DNA from: Gemmatimonadota bacterium
Lineage (GTDB): Bacteria > Gemmatimonadota > Gemmatimonadetes > Palauibacterales > Palauibacteraceae
Assembly: GCA_046758745.1 (NCBI GenBank)
Contig: JBHIAV010000011.1
Span: forward strand, 10,952-74,951
Direction: 5' to 3'
Length of the DNA: 64,000 bases
How positions within the stretch are numbered: the first letter of the stretch is position 1; each line of letters begins with the position of its first letter. The translations under genes were made by a program, and so were the position numbers. Under the pieces are notes generated by a model. It was not told the origin of the DNA. It searched no databases and was given only the letters and a program-made list of their open reading frames with translations. Positions 41,339 through 52,425 of this stretch are shown piece after piece.

Positions 41339-43432
41339 TCAGCCTCCGGTCGTCGCCTTCTCCGCCACGCGGTCCGGTGCGATCCCCTCTTCCTCGCCCG
41401 CCGAGGCCATACGCTGCACGGAGTCGAAATCCTTTCGTCCGACGAAGCGGAGGAGCAGGAAGAGCGCCGCACCGCCCAGCGCGTAGGAGAAGACGGGGGA
41501 CATCCCGTACGCCGTGGGTACGTCGCCGGCCAGCATCCCGACGAGTGCCACAACGAGGGCGTAGGGAAGCTGGGTCCGCACGTGGTCCACGTGGTCACAC
41601 GCCGAGGCCATCGAGCTCAGCACCGTGGTGTCCGAGATCGGCGAGCAGTGGTCCCCGAAGATCGCCCCGGCCAGCACGGAGCTGATCCCTCCGAGGAGGA
41701 GAGTGTGATCCAGAGTGACGTCCGATCCGGCACTGCCTCCCAGCGCCACCACGAGTGGGATCACGAGAGGGATGAGGATCGCCATGGTTCCCCACGACGT
41801 GCCGGTGGCGAACGACATGGCCGCGGCGGTGACGAAGACGAGGACGGGGATGAGCTCGGGCGCCACGTTGCCCTGCAGCACCCCGCTCAGGTACACGCCC
41901 GTGCCGAGCGTCTCGGTCACGTCCCCCAGGGACCAGGCGAGCAGGAGGATGACGATGGCGAGCAACATGGCCCGCATCCCGCCCAGCCACGCCTCGATGG
42001 CCGCCCGCGCGGCCATGAGGCGTTGTCCCACGACCAGGGCGATCGCCACCAGACAGCCGGCGAGCGAGCCCCACAGGAGCGCCTTGTACGGGTCGGCAGC
42101 ACCGAAGATGTCCCACAGGGATCCCGGCCCACCGTGCGACGCGCGGCCGTTGAGGTACAACCCCAAGAGCACCACGCCGACCACGGTGAGAACCGGCGCG
42201 GCCGCGTTGTACCAGCGCCGCGGCTTCCCCTCGAGCGGGTCCATCGCGCCCCCCGAGGTGTCCGCCATGAGCATCGCGCCCTCCCGATGCAGCCCGTCGC
42301 CTCGACCGGCGCGGTTCTCCGCCTTCCACATGGGGCCGAAGTCACGCTGCGTGGCGATGATGAGCGCCACCATGAGGAGGGCGAGAATCGGGTAGAATAG
42401 GTAGGGGATCGTCTGGATGAACACGTTGAACGGGCTGGCCGAGAGGAGCTCCGCCGCCGTCTCAGGTGAAGTCCCGGCCTGATGCGCGGCGCTCGCCAGG
42501 CCGTCGCCGATGAGCGAGATCTCGAACCCCACCCACGTGGAGACGAAGACGATCGCGGTCACCGGCGCGGCCGTGGAATCCACGATGTAGGCGAGCTTTT
42601 CCCGCGACACCTTCATCCGATCGGTGATCGGCCGCATCGTGTTCCCCACGATGAGGGTGTTCGCGTAGTCATCGAAGAAGATCGCCAGCCCCCCCAGGTA
42701 GGTGGCGAGCTGGGCTCGCCGCGGCGACGTAGCAAGCGGGCTCACCGCGTCCACGATCCCCTGCGTGCCCCCGCCCCGCGCCATCACCCCGACCATCCCG
42801 CCGAGCAACAGGGAGAAGATGATGATGGCGGCGTGGTCGGCGTCGGCGAGCGCGCTGAGGGCAAAGTGATCGATCGCCCTCATCGTCGCCGTGATCGGAT
42901 TGAGGCCGGCGAAGAAGAACGCCCCGATCCACACGCCGAAGAAGAGGGAGATCACGACCTCGCGGAAGACGAGGGCGAGCGCGATGGCAACGAGCGGGGG
43001 CAGGATGCTCACCCAGCCCGGTAGCACCCACGCCTCGATCGTGAGCATCGACCCGTCGGCCTCGAGGACCAGGGAAAGGGGCGTCTCTTCCCCTCCGGTC
43101 AGATGCAGCTCCGGCAGGGCCAGCTCCTCGCCCGGAGTGAGAGTCCCTCGAGCGAGCTCCCGGCCGGTCGCCGTGAGGAGACGGAAGGAGGAGGGTGGGG
43201 CCGCGGCGTCCCGGCGCAGCGAGAGCGTAAAGCCGACGCCGGTGAGGGCGATGCGCGGCGCTTCGATCGACACGCCCTGCGCGGCGTCCTGGGGCGTCGG
43301 GGCCGGCACCGACCGAGCGGTCTTCTGCGGTGGCGCACTCCCCGGCGGCCTGCCAGCCGCCTTCGCGGCGGTCTGGCCGGAGAGCGCGGCGAGGACCAGG
43401 ACGACCAACAGTGCGACGGCGCTGCGCGGCAT
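41339..43432 (-). CDS. NhaC-family Na+/H+ antiporter-like transporter with an N-terminal extracytoplasmic extension
   Basis: IFFDDYAN, SREKLAYIVDSTAAP, FATGTSWGT, GDHCSPISDTT. Confidence 0.88.
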   Translation of the reverse strand: MPRSAVALLVVLVLAALSGQTAAKAAGRPPGSAPPQKTARSVPAPTPQDAAQGVSIEAPRIALTGVGFTLSLRRDAAAPPSSFRLLTATGRELARGTLTPGEELALPELHLTGGEETPLSLVLEADGSMLTIEAWVLPGWVSILPPLVAIALALVFREVVISLFFGVWIGAFFFAGLNPITATMRAIDHFALSALADADHAAIIIFSLLLGGMVGVMARGGGTQGIVDAVSPLATSPRRAQLATYLGGLAIFFDDYANTLIVGNTMRPITDRMKVSREKLAYIVDSTAAPVTAIVFVSTWVGFEISLIGDGLASAAHQAGTSPETAAELLSASPFNVFIQTIPYLFYPILALLMVALIIATQRDFGPMWKAENRAGRGDGLHREGAMLMADTSGGAMDPLEGKPRRWYNAAAPVLTVVGVVLLGLYLNGRASHGGPGSLWDIFGAADPYKALLWGSLAGCLVAIALVVGQRLMAARAAIEAWLGGMRAMLLAIVILLLAWSLGDVTETLGTGVYLSGVLQGNVAPELIPVLVFVTAAAMSFATGTSWGTMAILIPLVIPLVVALGGSAGSDVTLDHTLLLGGISSVLAGAIFGDHCSPISDTTVLSSMASACDHVDHVRTQLPYALVVALVGMLAGDVPTAYGMSPVFSYALGGAALFLLLRFVGRKDFDSVQRMASAGEEEGIAPDRVAEKATTGG

Positions 43433-43631
43433 GGATCCCTCGGCGCTCTGGAGCGGTCGTCCCCAGGCGTGCGACCACCCGTGTCGGCCCGACATTCAAG
43501 TGCGAGAGAGTAGACAGCATGGGGCGAATTGTAAAGAAAGCGCGGCGTTGATACTCCGTATCGCCTCCCGTATACTCTGGCCGGCCCGAAGGGACGTTCA
43601 CCCCGTGCGGGAAGGGAAGAATACGCCGCCC

Positions 43632-44186
43632 TTGACAGCCACCCGGACCCCCAGGGTCCTGCTCGACGCCGCGGGCGTCGAGCAAACCCTGCTTCGACTG
43701 GCCCGCCGGATCGCGGAGTGGGGAGAGACATCCGACCTGTTGCTGGTCGGTATCCGGCGGCGCGGTGCGGAACTGGCCGATCGCCTCGCCCGCGCGCTGT
43801 CCGAGATCGGGGTCGGCCCGATCCCCACCGGTTCCTTGGACATCACGCTCTACCGCGACGACTTCGCCCAGATCGGTCCCCGTCCGCTCATCGGCACCAC
43901 CGAGATCCCCGGCGATATCACCGGGCGCCGTGTGGTGATCGTGGATGACGTCCTGCATACCGGGCGAACGGTCCGGGCGGCCCTGAACGAACTGGCGGAC
44001 TTCGGACGGGCCCGCCGGATCGAGCTGTGCGCTCTGGTCGACCGTGGCGGACGGGAGCTCCCCATCCGGGCCGATCACGTCGGCCTCTCCGTCGACGTCG
44101 GGTCGGGCGAGGAAGTGGCGGTGCGGGTCCCCGAGCTGGACGGCGAACTGGCGGTCGCCATAGTGCCGGTGGGAGGATCGGTGTGA
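43632..44186 (+). CDS. pyrR: PyrR (pyr regulator / uracil phosphoribosyltransferase)
   Basis: [35 protein letters not shown] start inferred. Confidence 0.92.
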   Translation: MTATRTPRVLLDAAGVEQTLLRLARRIAEWGETSDLLLVGIRRRGAELADRLARALSEIGVGPIPTGSLDITLYRDDFAQIGPRPLIGTTEIPGDITGRRVVIVDDVLHTGRTVRAALNELADFGRARRIELCALVDRGGRELPIRADHVGLSVDVGSGEEVAVRVPELDGELAVAIVPVGGSV

Positions 44187-45157
44187 GCGCGCCGGTCTCG
44201 GCGAGTCCCCTCGGGAAGGATCTGATCGGCCTCGAGCCCCTCTCCACGGCACACATCCGGGCCATTCTCGACACGGCGGAGCCGTTCAAGGAGATCAGCG
44301 AGCGCAGGATCAAGAAGGTACCGGTGCTGCGCGGCAAGACGATCGTGAACCTCTTCTTCGAGCCCTCCACCCGTACCCGCATCTCCTTCGAGTTCGCCGA
44401 GAAGCGGTTGAGCGCCGATACGGTCAACATCAGCGCGAGCGGGTCCTCGGTGCAGAAGGGCGAGACGCTGGTCGACACGGCCCGTAACCTCGAGGCGATG
44501 CGGATCGATATGGTCGTCATCCGTCACGGCTCCTCCGGGGCGGCCCAGTTCCTGGCCGATCGGATTCCGTCGAACGTCATCAACGCGGGAGACGGCCAGC
44601 ATGAGCATCCGACTCAGGGGCTCCTCGACCTCCTCACCCTGCGCGACCGCTTCGGCGATCTGAAGGGCCGCCGGGTGTGCATCGTGGGAGACATCCGCCA
44701 CTCCCGCGTCGCGCGGTCGAACATCTGGGGCCTCTTGAAACTGGGGGCCGAGGTGGCCGTGTGCGGACCGAAGAGCCTCATCCCGCGTGGGATCGAGGCG
44801 CTCGGCGTTCACGTCTTCGCCCACATCGAGGAGGCGATTCAGTGGAGCGACGCGCTCAACGTCCTCCGCCTCCAGCTCGAGCGGATGGACGCCGGTTACA
44901 TCCCGTCGCTGCGGGAATACAACCGGGTGTTCGGCGTGTCGCGAGCACGGCTGGGGAAAGCGCCGCGCGACGTCTTGGTGCTACACCCCGGACCGATGAA
45001 CCGGGGCGTGGAGATCGACTCTGACGTGGCGGACGGACCGCACTCGGTCATTCTGCCCCAGGTGACCAACGGGGTGGCCGTACGGATGGCCGTCCTCTAC
45101 CTCCTCTCCGGCGGCCGACCCGAGCTGGCGGAGTCCGCGAAACGGGGGAGGGCGTGA
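44183..45157 (+). CDS. pyrB: Aspartate carbamoyltransferase catalytic subunit
   Basis: [24 protein letters not shown]. Confidence 0.95.
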   Translation: MSAPVSASPLGKDLIGLEPLSTAHIRAILDTAEPFKEISERRIKKVPVLRGKTIVNLFFEPSTRTRISFEFAEKRLSADTVNISASGSSVQKGETLVDTARNLEAMRIDMVVIRHGSSGAAQFLADRIPSNVINAGDGQHEHPTQGLLDLLTLRDRFGDLKGRRVCIVGDIRHSRVARSNIWGLLKLGAEVAVCGPKSLIPRGIEALGVHVFAHIEEAIQWSDALNVLRLQLERMDAGYIPSLREYNRVFGVSRARLGKAPRDVLVLHPGPMNRGVEIDSDVADGPHSVILPQVTNGVAVRMAVLYLLSGGRPELAESAKRGRA

Positions 45158-46494
45158 TCCGCCCGTTCCTCCTGCGTGGTGGCCGGGTGGTCGACCCGTC
45201 ACAGGGGCTGGACCGCAAGGCTGACCTCCTGGTAGTGGATGGCCGCATCACCGCGGTCGAGAGCTCTCTTACCGGGCCCGAGGCGGCCGAGATCATCGAC
45301 GTGAGCGGCCTCGTCGTCGCCCCTGGCTTCATCGACCTCCACGTTCACCTGCGCGAGCCGGGGGGCGAGCACAAGGAAACGATCCTGACCGGAGCTAGAG
45401 CGGCTGCCGCCGGCGGCTTCACCACGGTGTGGGCGATGCCGAACACGGACCCGCCGATCGACGACCCGGCGGCGGTCGGCTTCGTTCGGGCCGCCGGCGA
45501 GCGCGCGGAGGGAGCGAGGGTCTTGCCGGTTGGAGCCGCTTCCGTGGGCCGCCTTGGCGAGCGGATGACGGAGGTGGGAGAGCTCGTGATGGCCGGTGCA
45601 GTGGCTGTCTCCGACGACGGCTCTCCGATCTCGGACTCGGGGTTGATGCGCCGACTACTCGAATACACCCAGACGTTCGGCGTTCCCCTCCTCCAGCACG
45701 CCGAGGACCTGCGCCTGTCGGCAGACGGCGTGATGAACGAGGGCGTGGTGGCCACGGCACTGGGCCTCCGGGGGATCCCCAACGCGGCCGAGGCGGCTAT
45801 GGTAGCCCGGGACATCTACCTCGCCGAGCTCACGGGCGGCCACCTCCACGTGTGCCACGTCTCCACGCAAGAGGCGGTCGAGCAGCTCCGCCTGGCACGA
45901 GAGCGAGGAGTGCGGGTGACCTCCGAGGTCACCCCGCACCACCTGGCGCTCACCGAGGAAGCGGTGCGGGGATACAACACGGAGGCGAAAGTCAACCCTC
46001 CGCTCCGTACGGAGCGGGACCGAGCGGCGCTCAGGCAGGCCCTGGCGGAGGGCGTGATCGATGTCATCGCGACCGACCACGCACCGCACCACTACGAGGA
46101 GAAGGAACGCGAGTTCGACGACGCTCCGTTCGGGATTGACGGTTTGGAGACCGCGTTCGGCTTGGTCATGCAGGAGATGGTAATCCCGGGCCACCTCACG
46201 CTCCCGGCGCTCATCGACCGGTTTTCCTGCACCCCGGCACGCATCATGAAGCTGGAGGGGGGCACGTTGCGTCCGGGAGCGCCGGCTGACATTGTCGTTC
46301 TGGATCCGGAGGAGCGCTGGATCGTGGATCCCGCCTCCTTCCGGTCGCGTAGCCTCAACACGCCGATCGCCGGCTGGGAGCTGACGGGAAGGGTCCGGCG
46401 GACGATCGTCGGCGGTCGGACGCGGTACGTGGCCGGGACGGCGTCGAACGCCCTCCCTGCCTCCGAGCTCTCTGAAAACAGTGCAGCACGATGA
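45154..46494 (+). CDS. pyrC: Dihydroorotase
   Basis: [29 protein letters not shown]. Confidence 0.94.
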   Translation: MIRPFLLRGGRVVDPSQGLDRKADLLVVDGRITAVESSLTGPEAAEIIDVSGLVVAPGFIDLHVHLREPGGEHKETILTGARAAAAGGFTTVWAMPNTDPPIDDPAAVGFVRAAGERAEGARVLPVGAASVGRLGERMTEVGELVMAGAVAVSDDGSPISDSGLMRRLLEYTQTFGVPLLQHAEDLRLSADGVMNEGVVATALGLRGIPNAAEAAMVARDIYLAELTGGHLHVCHVSTQEAVEQLRLARERGVRVTSEVTPHHLALTEEAVRGYNTEAKVNPPLRTERDRAALRQALAEGVIDVIATDHAPHHYEEKEREFDDAPFGIDGLETAFGLVMQEMVIPGHLTLPALIDRFSCTPARIMKLEGGTLRPGAPADIVVLDPEERWIVDPASFRSRSLNTPIAGWELTGRVRRTIVGGRTRYVAGTASNALPASELSENSAAR

Positions 46495-47201
46495 CGAAAG
46501 ACAGCCTCACCTCGGAGCCCGTGGAGTCCGTGACGGTTCCGGCCGAGATCCAGCAGCTGCTCAAGGACCGGGCGACCTTTCAGGGCTGGCTGGACAAGCT
46601 CTCCGGGCTCAGCCAGAGGTTCCGTCCGGAGGTAGCGACTCGGGTCGAGCAAGACTACCGGGAGCGGCTCAAACGGGTCGAGTCCGAGCTCGCCTCCCAC
46701 CGCGCGGAGATCGAGAGCACGCTGGCGGAGCGGCGGAGCCAGGCGCGTGAGCTGGCGGACCGGCGCGATCAACGAGCGGCCGAGCTCGAAGAGGTCGAGC
46801 TTCGCCACGCCGTCGGCGAGCTCCCGGACCGAGACTGGGAGAGGCAGCGACGGGGGCACGAGGAGGCCCTGGCCGGACTCGACCGCTCCATCGAGAGGGA
46901 GCAGCGCGCGGTGACCGAGCTGGAGGGGATCTTGGCCGACCTGTCCGGAGACGGTCGGCCGACCGGTGCGCCGGAGCCGCGTGCTTCGGAGGCTCCGGCT
47001 GGCGAAGGGCCCGCGGCCTCAGAAGTGGAAGAGGCAGCTGCTTCCGCGGAGGAGGAACCAGCCGCCGCGGCCGCCTCGCAAGAGGGCGATCTCCTCGACG
47101 AGCTCGAGTTCCTCGACTCCCTCTCTCTCCAGGACGCCGGGCGCTTTGACGCGGTTTCCCGCATGCTGGAGGAGGCCGAGGAGCCGCGACCGGAGCGCTG
47201 A
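46491..47201 (+). CDS. Coiled-coil hypothetical protein with an acidic tail
   Basis: Heptad-like Glu/Arg/Leu-rich sequence; start overlaps the pyrC stop. Confidence 0.75.
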   Translation: MTKDSLTSEPVESVTVPAEIQQLLKDRATFQGWLDKLSGLSQRFRPEVATRVEQDYRERLKRVESELASHRAEIESTLAERRSQARELADRRDQRAAELEEVELRHAVGELPDRDWERQRRGHEEALAGLDRSIEREQRAVTELEGILADLSGDGRPTGAPEPRASEAPAGEGPAASEVEEAAASAEEEPAAAAASQEGDLLDELEFLDSLSLQDAGRFDAVSRMLEEAEEPRPER

Positions 47202-47313
47202 GAGCACCGGCCCGACGGTTGGGGAACGGCCGGAGTCGCCACCTGGGGGAGGAGCCCGGCCAGGTCCCTGCCCGGGGGCGGCCGGCCTCACTTCGCCGCG
47301 CGCGAGCGGTCGC

Positions 47314-47349
47314 AACGAAAAGACCCGCGCCCCTTGGGGGAGCACGGGG
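47314..47349 (-). terminator. Probable intrinsic terminator of rpsT
   Basis: Minus-strand hairpin cccgtgctcc...ggggcgcggg followed by TCTTTTCGTT. Confidence 0.6.
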
Positions 47350-47376
47350 CCGCGCCGCGCCAGGGCGGATCCGGCC

Positions 47377-47634
47377 TCAGTCGCTCAGCTTCCGGACGTA
47401 GCGCGCGAAGCGCGACTTCTGCCTGGCCGCAGCGTTCGGGTGCATGATCCGCTTTCGCGCGGCACGGTCGAGAAGTGAGGTGAGCCGGCGAAGCACCGGT
47501 TCGGCCTCGGTCGCCGACGTCATCCCGAACAGCTTGCGCGTGCGGGTGCGGATCTCCGATCGTATGGTGCGGTTGTGCGCGCGCCGCTTGAAGGACTGAC
47601 GCAGCCGCTTCTTGGCGCTCTTGATATTCGGCAC
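47377..47634 (-). CDS. rpsT: 30S ribosomal protein S20
   Basis: PNIKSAKKR, LDRAA.K..MHPN.AARQKSR; GTG start after GGAAGGA. Confidence 0.95.
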   Translation of the reverse strand: MPNIKSAKKRLRQSFKRRAHNRTIRSEIRTRTRKLFGMTSATEAEPVLRRLTSLLDRAARKRIMHPNAAARQKSRFARYVRKLSD

Positions 47635-47718
47635 TGAATTCGGTTCCTTCCTCTCGACTCGAAGACGAAGCGAAGCCACAGGATACCGGAAGGATCGTTC
47701 GAGAGCAAGGCGGAGTGA

Positions 47719-48381
47719 TTGGACAGCGTAGCCCAGCTGGTGCTGGTTCTTCCCGTCCTCCTCATCTCTGTGGTGGCGCACGAGTATGCACATGCCCGCG
47801 TGGCGCTCTGGCAGGGAGATCACACCGCGGCGATGCTGGGACGGGTAACCCTCAATCCGCTCGTCCATATCGATCCGGTGGGCACGTTTCTCGTGCCGGT
47901 CGTCCTGTGGCTCCTTCCCGGCGGGTTCATCTTCGGGTGGGCGAGGCCGGTCCCCATCAACTCGCGCAACTTCCGGGACTATCGGCGCGGAGACCTCCTC
48001 GTTTCGGCAGCCGGAGTGGCGGCGAACTTCGCCCTGGCCGTGGCGTGCACGCTGCTCCTGGTCGTGCTCACGCACCTCGGGCGGGCCTGGTCGAGCGGGA
48101 CCGGCGCGATCGAGCCGCTGTTTCTGATGGCCCGATTCGGCCTCTTCTTCAACCTCCTTCTCGGCGTGTTCAACCTGATCCCCGTGCCACCGCTGGATGG
48201 CTCCCACCTGCTGTATCACCTGCTGCCCCCGCATCTCGGGGCGCGGTACCGTGAGCTCGGCCGCTACAGCGCGGTGCTCTTGCTCGCTGTTCTCGTATTC
48301 CCTGGCCTCCTCACGGCAATCCTCCTCCCGGTGGATCTTCTGATGGGGCTGGCCGAGGCGGTGATAGGGCTGCTGGTATGA
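47719..48381 (+). CDS. Site-2 protease (M50) family
   Basis: HEYAH, NLIPVPPLDG. Confidence 0.92.
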   Translation: MDSVAQLVLVLPVLLISVVAHEYAHARVALWQGDHTAAMLGRVTLNPLVHIDPVGTFLVPVVLWLLPGGFIFGWARPVPINSRNFRDYRRGDLLVSAAGVAANFALAVACTLLLVVLTHLGRAWSSGTGAIEPLFLMARFGLFFNLLLGVFNLIPVPPLDGSHLLYHLLPPHLGARYRELGRYSAVLLLAVLVFPGLLTAILLPVDLLMGLAEAVIGLLV

Positions 48382-49163
48382 CCTCGACCGCGACGATGCC
48401 TGCCCGGGGCGCGGTGCTCGACCGAGTCGAGCCCTTCGTGGTGGAGCTCGAGCGGTTCCATGGTCCCCTGGATCTCCTCCTTCATCTCATTCGGTCCCAG
48501 GACATCGACATCTTCGACATCCCGATTGCCTGCATCACGGAGCAGTTCCAGGCTGCCCTGGCGGAGGGGATCGAGCGCATCAGCCTGGAGCGAGCGGGAG
48601 AGTTCCTGGAGATGGCCGCCACGCTGGTACGCATCAAGGCGCAGCTTCTTCTCCCGCGTCCGGAGGGCTTCGAGTGGGAGGAGGATCCGCGCACCGAGCT
48701 GGTGCGCCGCCTGCTCGAATACGAGCACTTCCAGGATATCGCCCGGGTGCTCACGGCCTCGGAAGCGGAGCGCGGCCGGCACTTCGGCAAAGGATACGTG
48801 GAGCCGCGACGGGCCCCGATGGTACTCCGCGAGGCGTTGCGGTTGACCCTACAGGAGTTCCTGAAGGTGGCGTCGCGTATCCCCGAACCCGGCCCGCCCG
48901 AAGTGCACCTCGCTCCTGTGCGCACCGTGACCGTAGAGGAGAAGATCTCCCTCGTGCAGCGCTTCCTGCGGGAGGTGAAACGCCTCGCCTTCGAACGACT
49001 CTTCGCGCAGTGGGGAACCCGCGCCCATGCCGTCGCGTCGCTCCTCGCATGCCTCGAGCTGGCTCGCCGACAGCTGCTGCGCATCGAGCAGGTAAAGCCG
49101 TTCGCCTCGATCTGGCTCCTGCACCCGAAGCGTCGGTCCCGGTCCAGCGGTGAGGCGCCGTGA
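48378..49163 (+). CDS. scpA: Segregation and condensation protein A
   Basis: F.GPLDLLLHLI, EFL.MAATL..IK...LLP, LACLEL. Confidence 0.92.
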   Translation: MTSTATMPARGAVLDRVEPFVVELERFHGPLDLLLHLIRSQDIDIFDIPIACITEQFQAALAEGIERISLERAGEFLEMAATLVRIKAQLLLPRPEGFEWEEDPRTELVRRLLEYEHFQDIARVLTASEAERGRHFGKGYVEPRRAPMVLREALRLTLQEFLKVASRIPEPGPPEVHLAPVRTVTVEEKISLVQRFLREVKRLAFERLFAQWGTRAHAVASLLACLELARRQLLRIEQVKPFASIWLLHPKRRSRSSGEAP

Positions 49164-49915
49164 GACCGCAGCAGATCGTCGAGGCGACCCTGTTCGCCAG
49201 CCAGACCCCGCTGAGCGCCGCCGAGATCGCCCGCGCCGACGAGGCTCTCGACGCGGCGACGGTCGTCGAGGCGATCCGAAAGCTGCGCGAAAAATACGAG
49301 GCGGAAGAACACGCTTTCCAGGTCTACCAGCTCGGCGACGGCTTCCAGCTCCTCACCCGCCCGGAATACGCGCCTTACCTGGAGCGTTTCGATTCCGTCC
49401 CGCGATCACCCACCCTCTCGGCGGCGGCGGTGGAGACCCTCGCGATCATCGCCTATCGGCAGCCGATCAGCCGCATCGAGATCGAGGAAGTCCGGGGCGT
49501 CGGCGCCAGCTCCGTACTCCGCACGCTTCTCGACTGGGATCTCATCGAGGTGGTCGGCCGCGGCGAGGGTCTCGGCCGCCCGCTTCTGTACGGAACCTCC
49601 CACAGGTTTCTGGATCATTTCGGCTTCAAGGATCTCTCCGAGCTTCCGGGTCCGGAGACGCTGCCGGTTACGCTGCGAGGGCTCCGGGAGGATATCGAGG
49701 GCGAGAAGGACCGCCCGGCGGAAGCGGTGGCGGCCGCTGCGGAGAGCGGAGCTCCCGGCGGCGAGCCGGGCGGGGAAGCTCGTCCCGCGGTGGACGAGAC
49801 CGCCGAGGCAGGGGGGTTGACAGGGGCGGGTCCCTGCCGGTGGCTGAGCCTCTCCGCCTGCAGCAGTACCTCGCGCGCGCCGGCGCCGCTTCCCGACGTG
49901 CGAGCGAGGAGCTGA
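49160..49915 (+). CDS. scpB: Segregation and condensation protein B
   Basis: ETLAIIAYRQP..R.EIEEVRGV, GRP.LYGT...FL..FG. Confidence 0.93.
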   Translation: MRPQQIVEATLFASQTPLSAAEIARADEALDAATVVEAIRKLREKYEAEEHAFQVYQLGDGFQLLTRPEYAPYLERFDSVPRSPTLSAAAVETLAIIAYRQPISRIEIEEVRGVGASSVLRTLLDWDLIEVVGRGEGLGRPLLYGTSHRFLDHFGFKDLSELPGPETLPVTLRGLREDIEGEKDRPAEAVAAAAESGAPGGEPGGEARPAVDETAEAGGLTGAGPCRWLSLSACSSTSRAPAPLPDVRARS

Positions 49916-50649
49916 TCGCCGCGGGCCGGGTGCGCGTCGACGGTGTCACGGTGACGCAAACCGGGACGCGCGTCGATCCCGAGAGGAGCGTCGTCGAGGT
50001 GGACGGCCGACGCGTGCGGCTCAGGCCCACGGTTTGGGTTCTCCTTCACAAGCCTCCGGGATACCTGTGCACGCGGGGCGACCCGGAGGGACGGCCGACC
50101 GTCTACGAGCTGCTCCCACCGGAGCTCGGTCACCTCTTCCATGTCGGCCGACTCGACTACCTGAGCGAGGGGCTCCTCCTGTTGACCAACGACGGCGACG
50201 CCGCCGATCGCCTCATGCATCCCAGAGGTCGCACGATCCGTCGCTACGAGGTGACGCTGGCCGAGCCGCTTCCCGAGGGCCTTGTCGAGCGGTTGCTCAC
50301 GGGCGTGCGGCTGGAGGACGGCATGGCGCGCGCGGCGGCGGCACGGCTCGAGGCCGGATCGCGGCAGGGAGAATGGGTCCTCCGGCTCACCCTCCGCGAG
50401 GGGAGAAACCGCGAGATCCGACGAATGATGGAGGCGCTGCGAGTGAAGATCCGGGCTCTGAAGCGGGTGGCGCTCGGACCCGTACTGCTCGGAGACCTTC
50501 CGCGCGGAGAGTGGAGGAAGTTGTCGGCTCCGGAGGTCCGACGGCTCACGGCGCAGAGAGTGTCCGGCCGACCGGCCGGCCGGTCGAGACGCCGAGCGCC
50601 GCCTCGCGGGGGAACGCGGCGATCCCCGCCCCGGCGACAGGACGGCTGA
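49840..50649 (+). CDS. rluB: Pseudouridine synthase (RluB/RsuA family) with S4 domain
   Basis: RLQQYLARAG.ASRR, VGRLD, EGRNREIRRM. Confidence 0.88.
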   Translation: MAEPLRLQQYLARAGAASRRASEELIAAGRVRVDGVTVTQTGTRVDPERSVVEVDGRRVRLRPTVWVLLHKPPGYLCTRGDPEGRPTVYELLPPELGHLFHVGRLDYLSEGLLLLTNDGDAADRLMHPRGRTIRRYEVTLAEPLPEGLVERLLTGVRLEDGMARAAAARLEAGSRQGEWVLRLTLREGRNREIRRMMEALRVKIRALKRVALGPVLLGDLPRGEWRKLSAPEVRRLTAQRVSGRPAGRSRRRAPPRGGTRRSPPRRQDG

Positions 50650-50651
50650 AC

Positions 50652-52319
50652 GTGGACATCGAGGGCCGTACCGTTCTCATCCTCGGCGGGTCCGGCCTCG
50701 TCGGGCGCGCGATCGCGCGGCGGCTCGTCAGGCTGCGTCCCTCCCGCCTCGTCATCGGGGCGCTGCACGAGGTGGAAGCCGGCTCCGCCGTCCGCGAGCT
50801 GGCGTCCCTGCCCGGATCGGACGGGATCGAGTTTGCCGGGGAGTGGGGCGACGTCTTCCTCCGCGAGACGCACCGAGGTCGATCCCGCGTGGACCTCCTG
50901 GCATCCGATGAGGGGCGAGCCGAGGTGCTGGAGGACCTGTTCGGCGACCTCGATGAGGAGGCGTTCGGCCGCTCCGCGCTGGTGGCGCTGCTCGAGCGGC
51001 ACCGGCCGGAGATCCTCATCGACTGTGTGAACACGGCCACGGCGATCGCCTACCAGGACATCTTCACCTCGGTCGAGCGGCTGCGGCGCGCGAACCTCGC
51101 CGGGGGGGCCGAGCCAGCCGACATCGAGGCTCACCTCGCCACCCTGTATCTCCCGCAGCTCATCCGCCACGTCCAACTCCTCCTCGAGGGCATGCGGCGA
51201 GCGGGAACGAGGTCGTACGTGAAGATCGGGACCTCCGGCACGGGCGGGATGGGGCTCAACGTGCCCTTCACCCACTCCGAGGAGCGGCCCTCTCGCACCC
51301 TCCTTGCCAAGGCCAGCGTGGCGGGGGCCCATTCGCTCCTTCTCTTCCTGATGGGCCGGACGCCGGACGGCCCCGCCGTGAAGGAGGTGAAGCCGGCGGC
51401 CGCCATCAGCTGGAAGCGTATCGGGTTCGGCCCGGTGGTGCGGGGCGGGCGACCGATCCCGCGCTACGACGCGATCCGACCCCTTCCGCTCGACGAAGCG
51501 TTCGCCGACCGGGCGGACGGGACGGATGGGGCCTGGGAGCGCAGGCACGGGGCCCTCGAGTCGGTCTTCCTGGATGCGGGCGAGAACGGGCAGTTCAGCG
51601 TGAGTGAGTTCGAGGCGGTCTCCTCGCTCGGGCTCATGGAGGTGGTCACGCCGGAGGAGATCGCGGAGGTGGTGGTGGCCGAGATCGTCGGCCGACCGAC
51701 GGGGCGCGACATCGTGGGCGCTCTCGACGCCAGCGTGTTCGGCCCGACGTATCGAGGAGGGGTGCTGCGCGAGGCGGCGTTGCGGCACATGGAAGAGCTC
51801 GAAGCGCGACATGGCGTGCGCTCCGTGGCCTTCGAGATGCTCGGCCCCCCGCGGCTGAGCAAGCTCCTTTTCGAGGCGCACCTGCTCGAGCGCCTCTTCC
51901 CGGACCTGGCCGGGGCGACCCGTCTCGAGCCGGAGGAGACGGCGGCGCGGGCCGAGCGGCTGATCGAGTCCGAGGAACGCCTGCGCTCCGACATCGTGTC
52001 GATCGGCCTGCCCATCCTTCTCGCCGACGGTAAGCGCCTGCTGCGGGGTCCGATTGTCGGAGTGACGCCCGCGGCGCGGGCTTCACCCGTGGATGAGCGC
52101 CTCGCGTCCCGAGGGTGGGTGGATCTTCGTCCCGCCAACTGGGTCCGATGGAAGGAACGTTGCCGGAGCTATACGACCCGGGTCGTGGAGGCTCCGGGAG
52201 GGGAGTGCGGCTCGAGAACGGACCTCGATGTGCGGGCCCGCTCGGGCGCGATTCGGCCCGGCGCGCTGGCGGCCTTCGTCCTCCGCACCGAGGATGAGGG
52301 CGAGCGGATCAAGCGCTGA
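50652..52319 (+). CDS. Uncharacterised large NAD(P)-binding Rossmann-fold (SDR-like) protein
   Basis: VLILGGSGLVG at the N-terminus; KIGTSGTGGMG motif; 555 aa. Confidence 0.7.
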   Translation: MDIEGRTVLILGGSGLVGRAIARRLVRLRPSRLVIGALHEVEAGSAVRELASLPGSDGIEFAGEWGDVFLRETHRGRSRVDLLASDEGRAEVLEDLFGDLDEEAFGRSALVALLERHRPEILIDCVNTATAIAYQDIFTSVERLRRANLAGGAEPADIEAHLATLYLPQLIRHVQLLLEGMRRAGTRSYVKIGTSGTGGMGLNVPFTHSEERPSRTLLAKASVAGAHSLLLFLMGRTPDGPAVKEVKPAAAISWKRIGFGPVVRGGRPIPRYDAIRPLPLDEAFADRADGTDGAWERRHGALESVFLDAGENGQFSVSEFEAVSSLGLMEVVTPEEIAEVVVAEIVGRPTGRDIVGALDASVFGPTYRGGVLREAALRHMEELEARHGVRSVAFEMLGPPRLSKLLFEAHLLERLFPDLAGATRLEPEETAARAERLIESEERLRSDIVSIGLPILLADGKRLLRGPIVGVTPAARASPVDERLASRGWVDLRPANWVRWKERCRSYTTRVVEAPGGECGSRTDLDVRARSGAIRPGALAAFVLRTEDEGERIKR

Positions 52320-52425
52320 GGCTGGAGAGCGTCCCGGCCCGTCGACTCGATTTCGAGAGGCGGACGCTACAGCTTGACGCGCGCGGTGGGCGAAGCCCAC
52401 GTGGACCCGTGACGACAGGAGCGGA

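Noticed and set aside
43496..43631. PyrR-binding attenuator upstream of pyrR
   Set aside because: No clear ARUCCnGnGAGGY loop or terminator/antiterminator hairpin with a U-tract.
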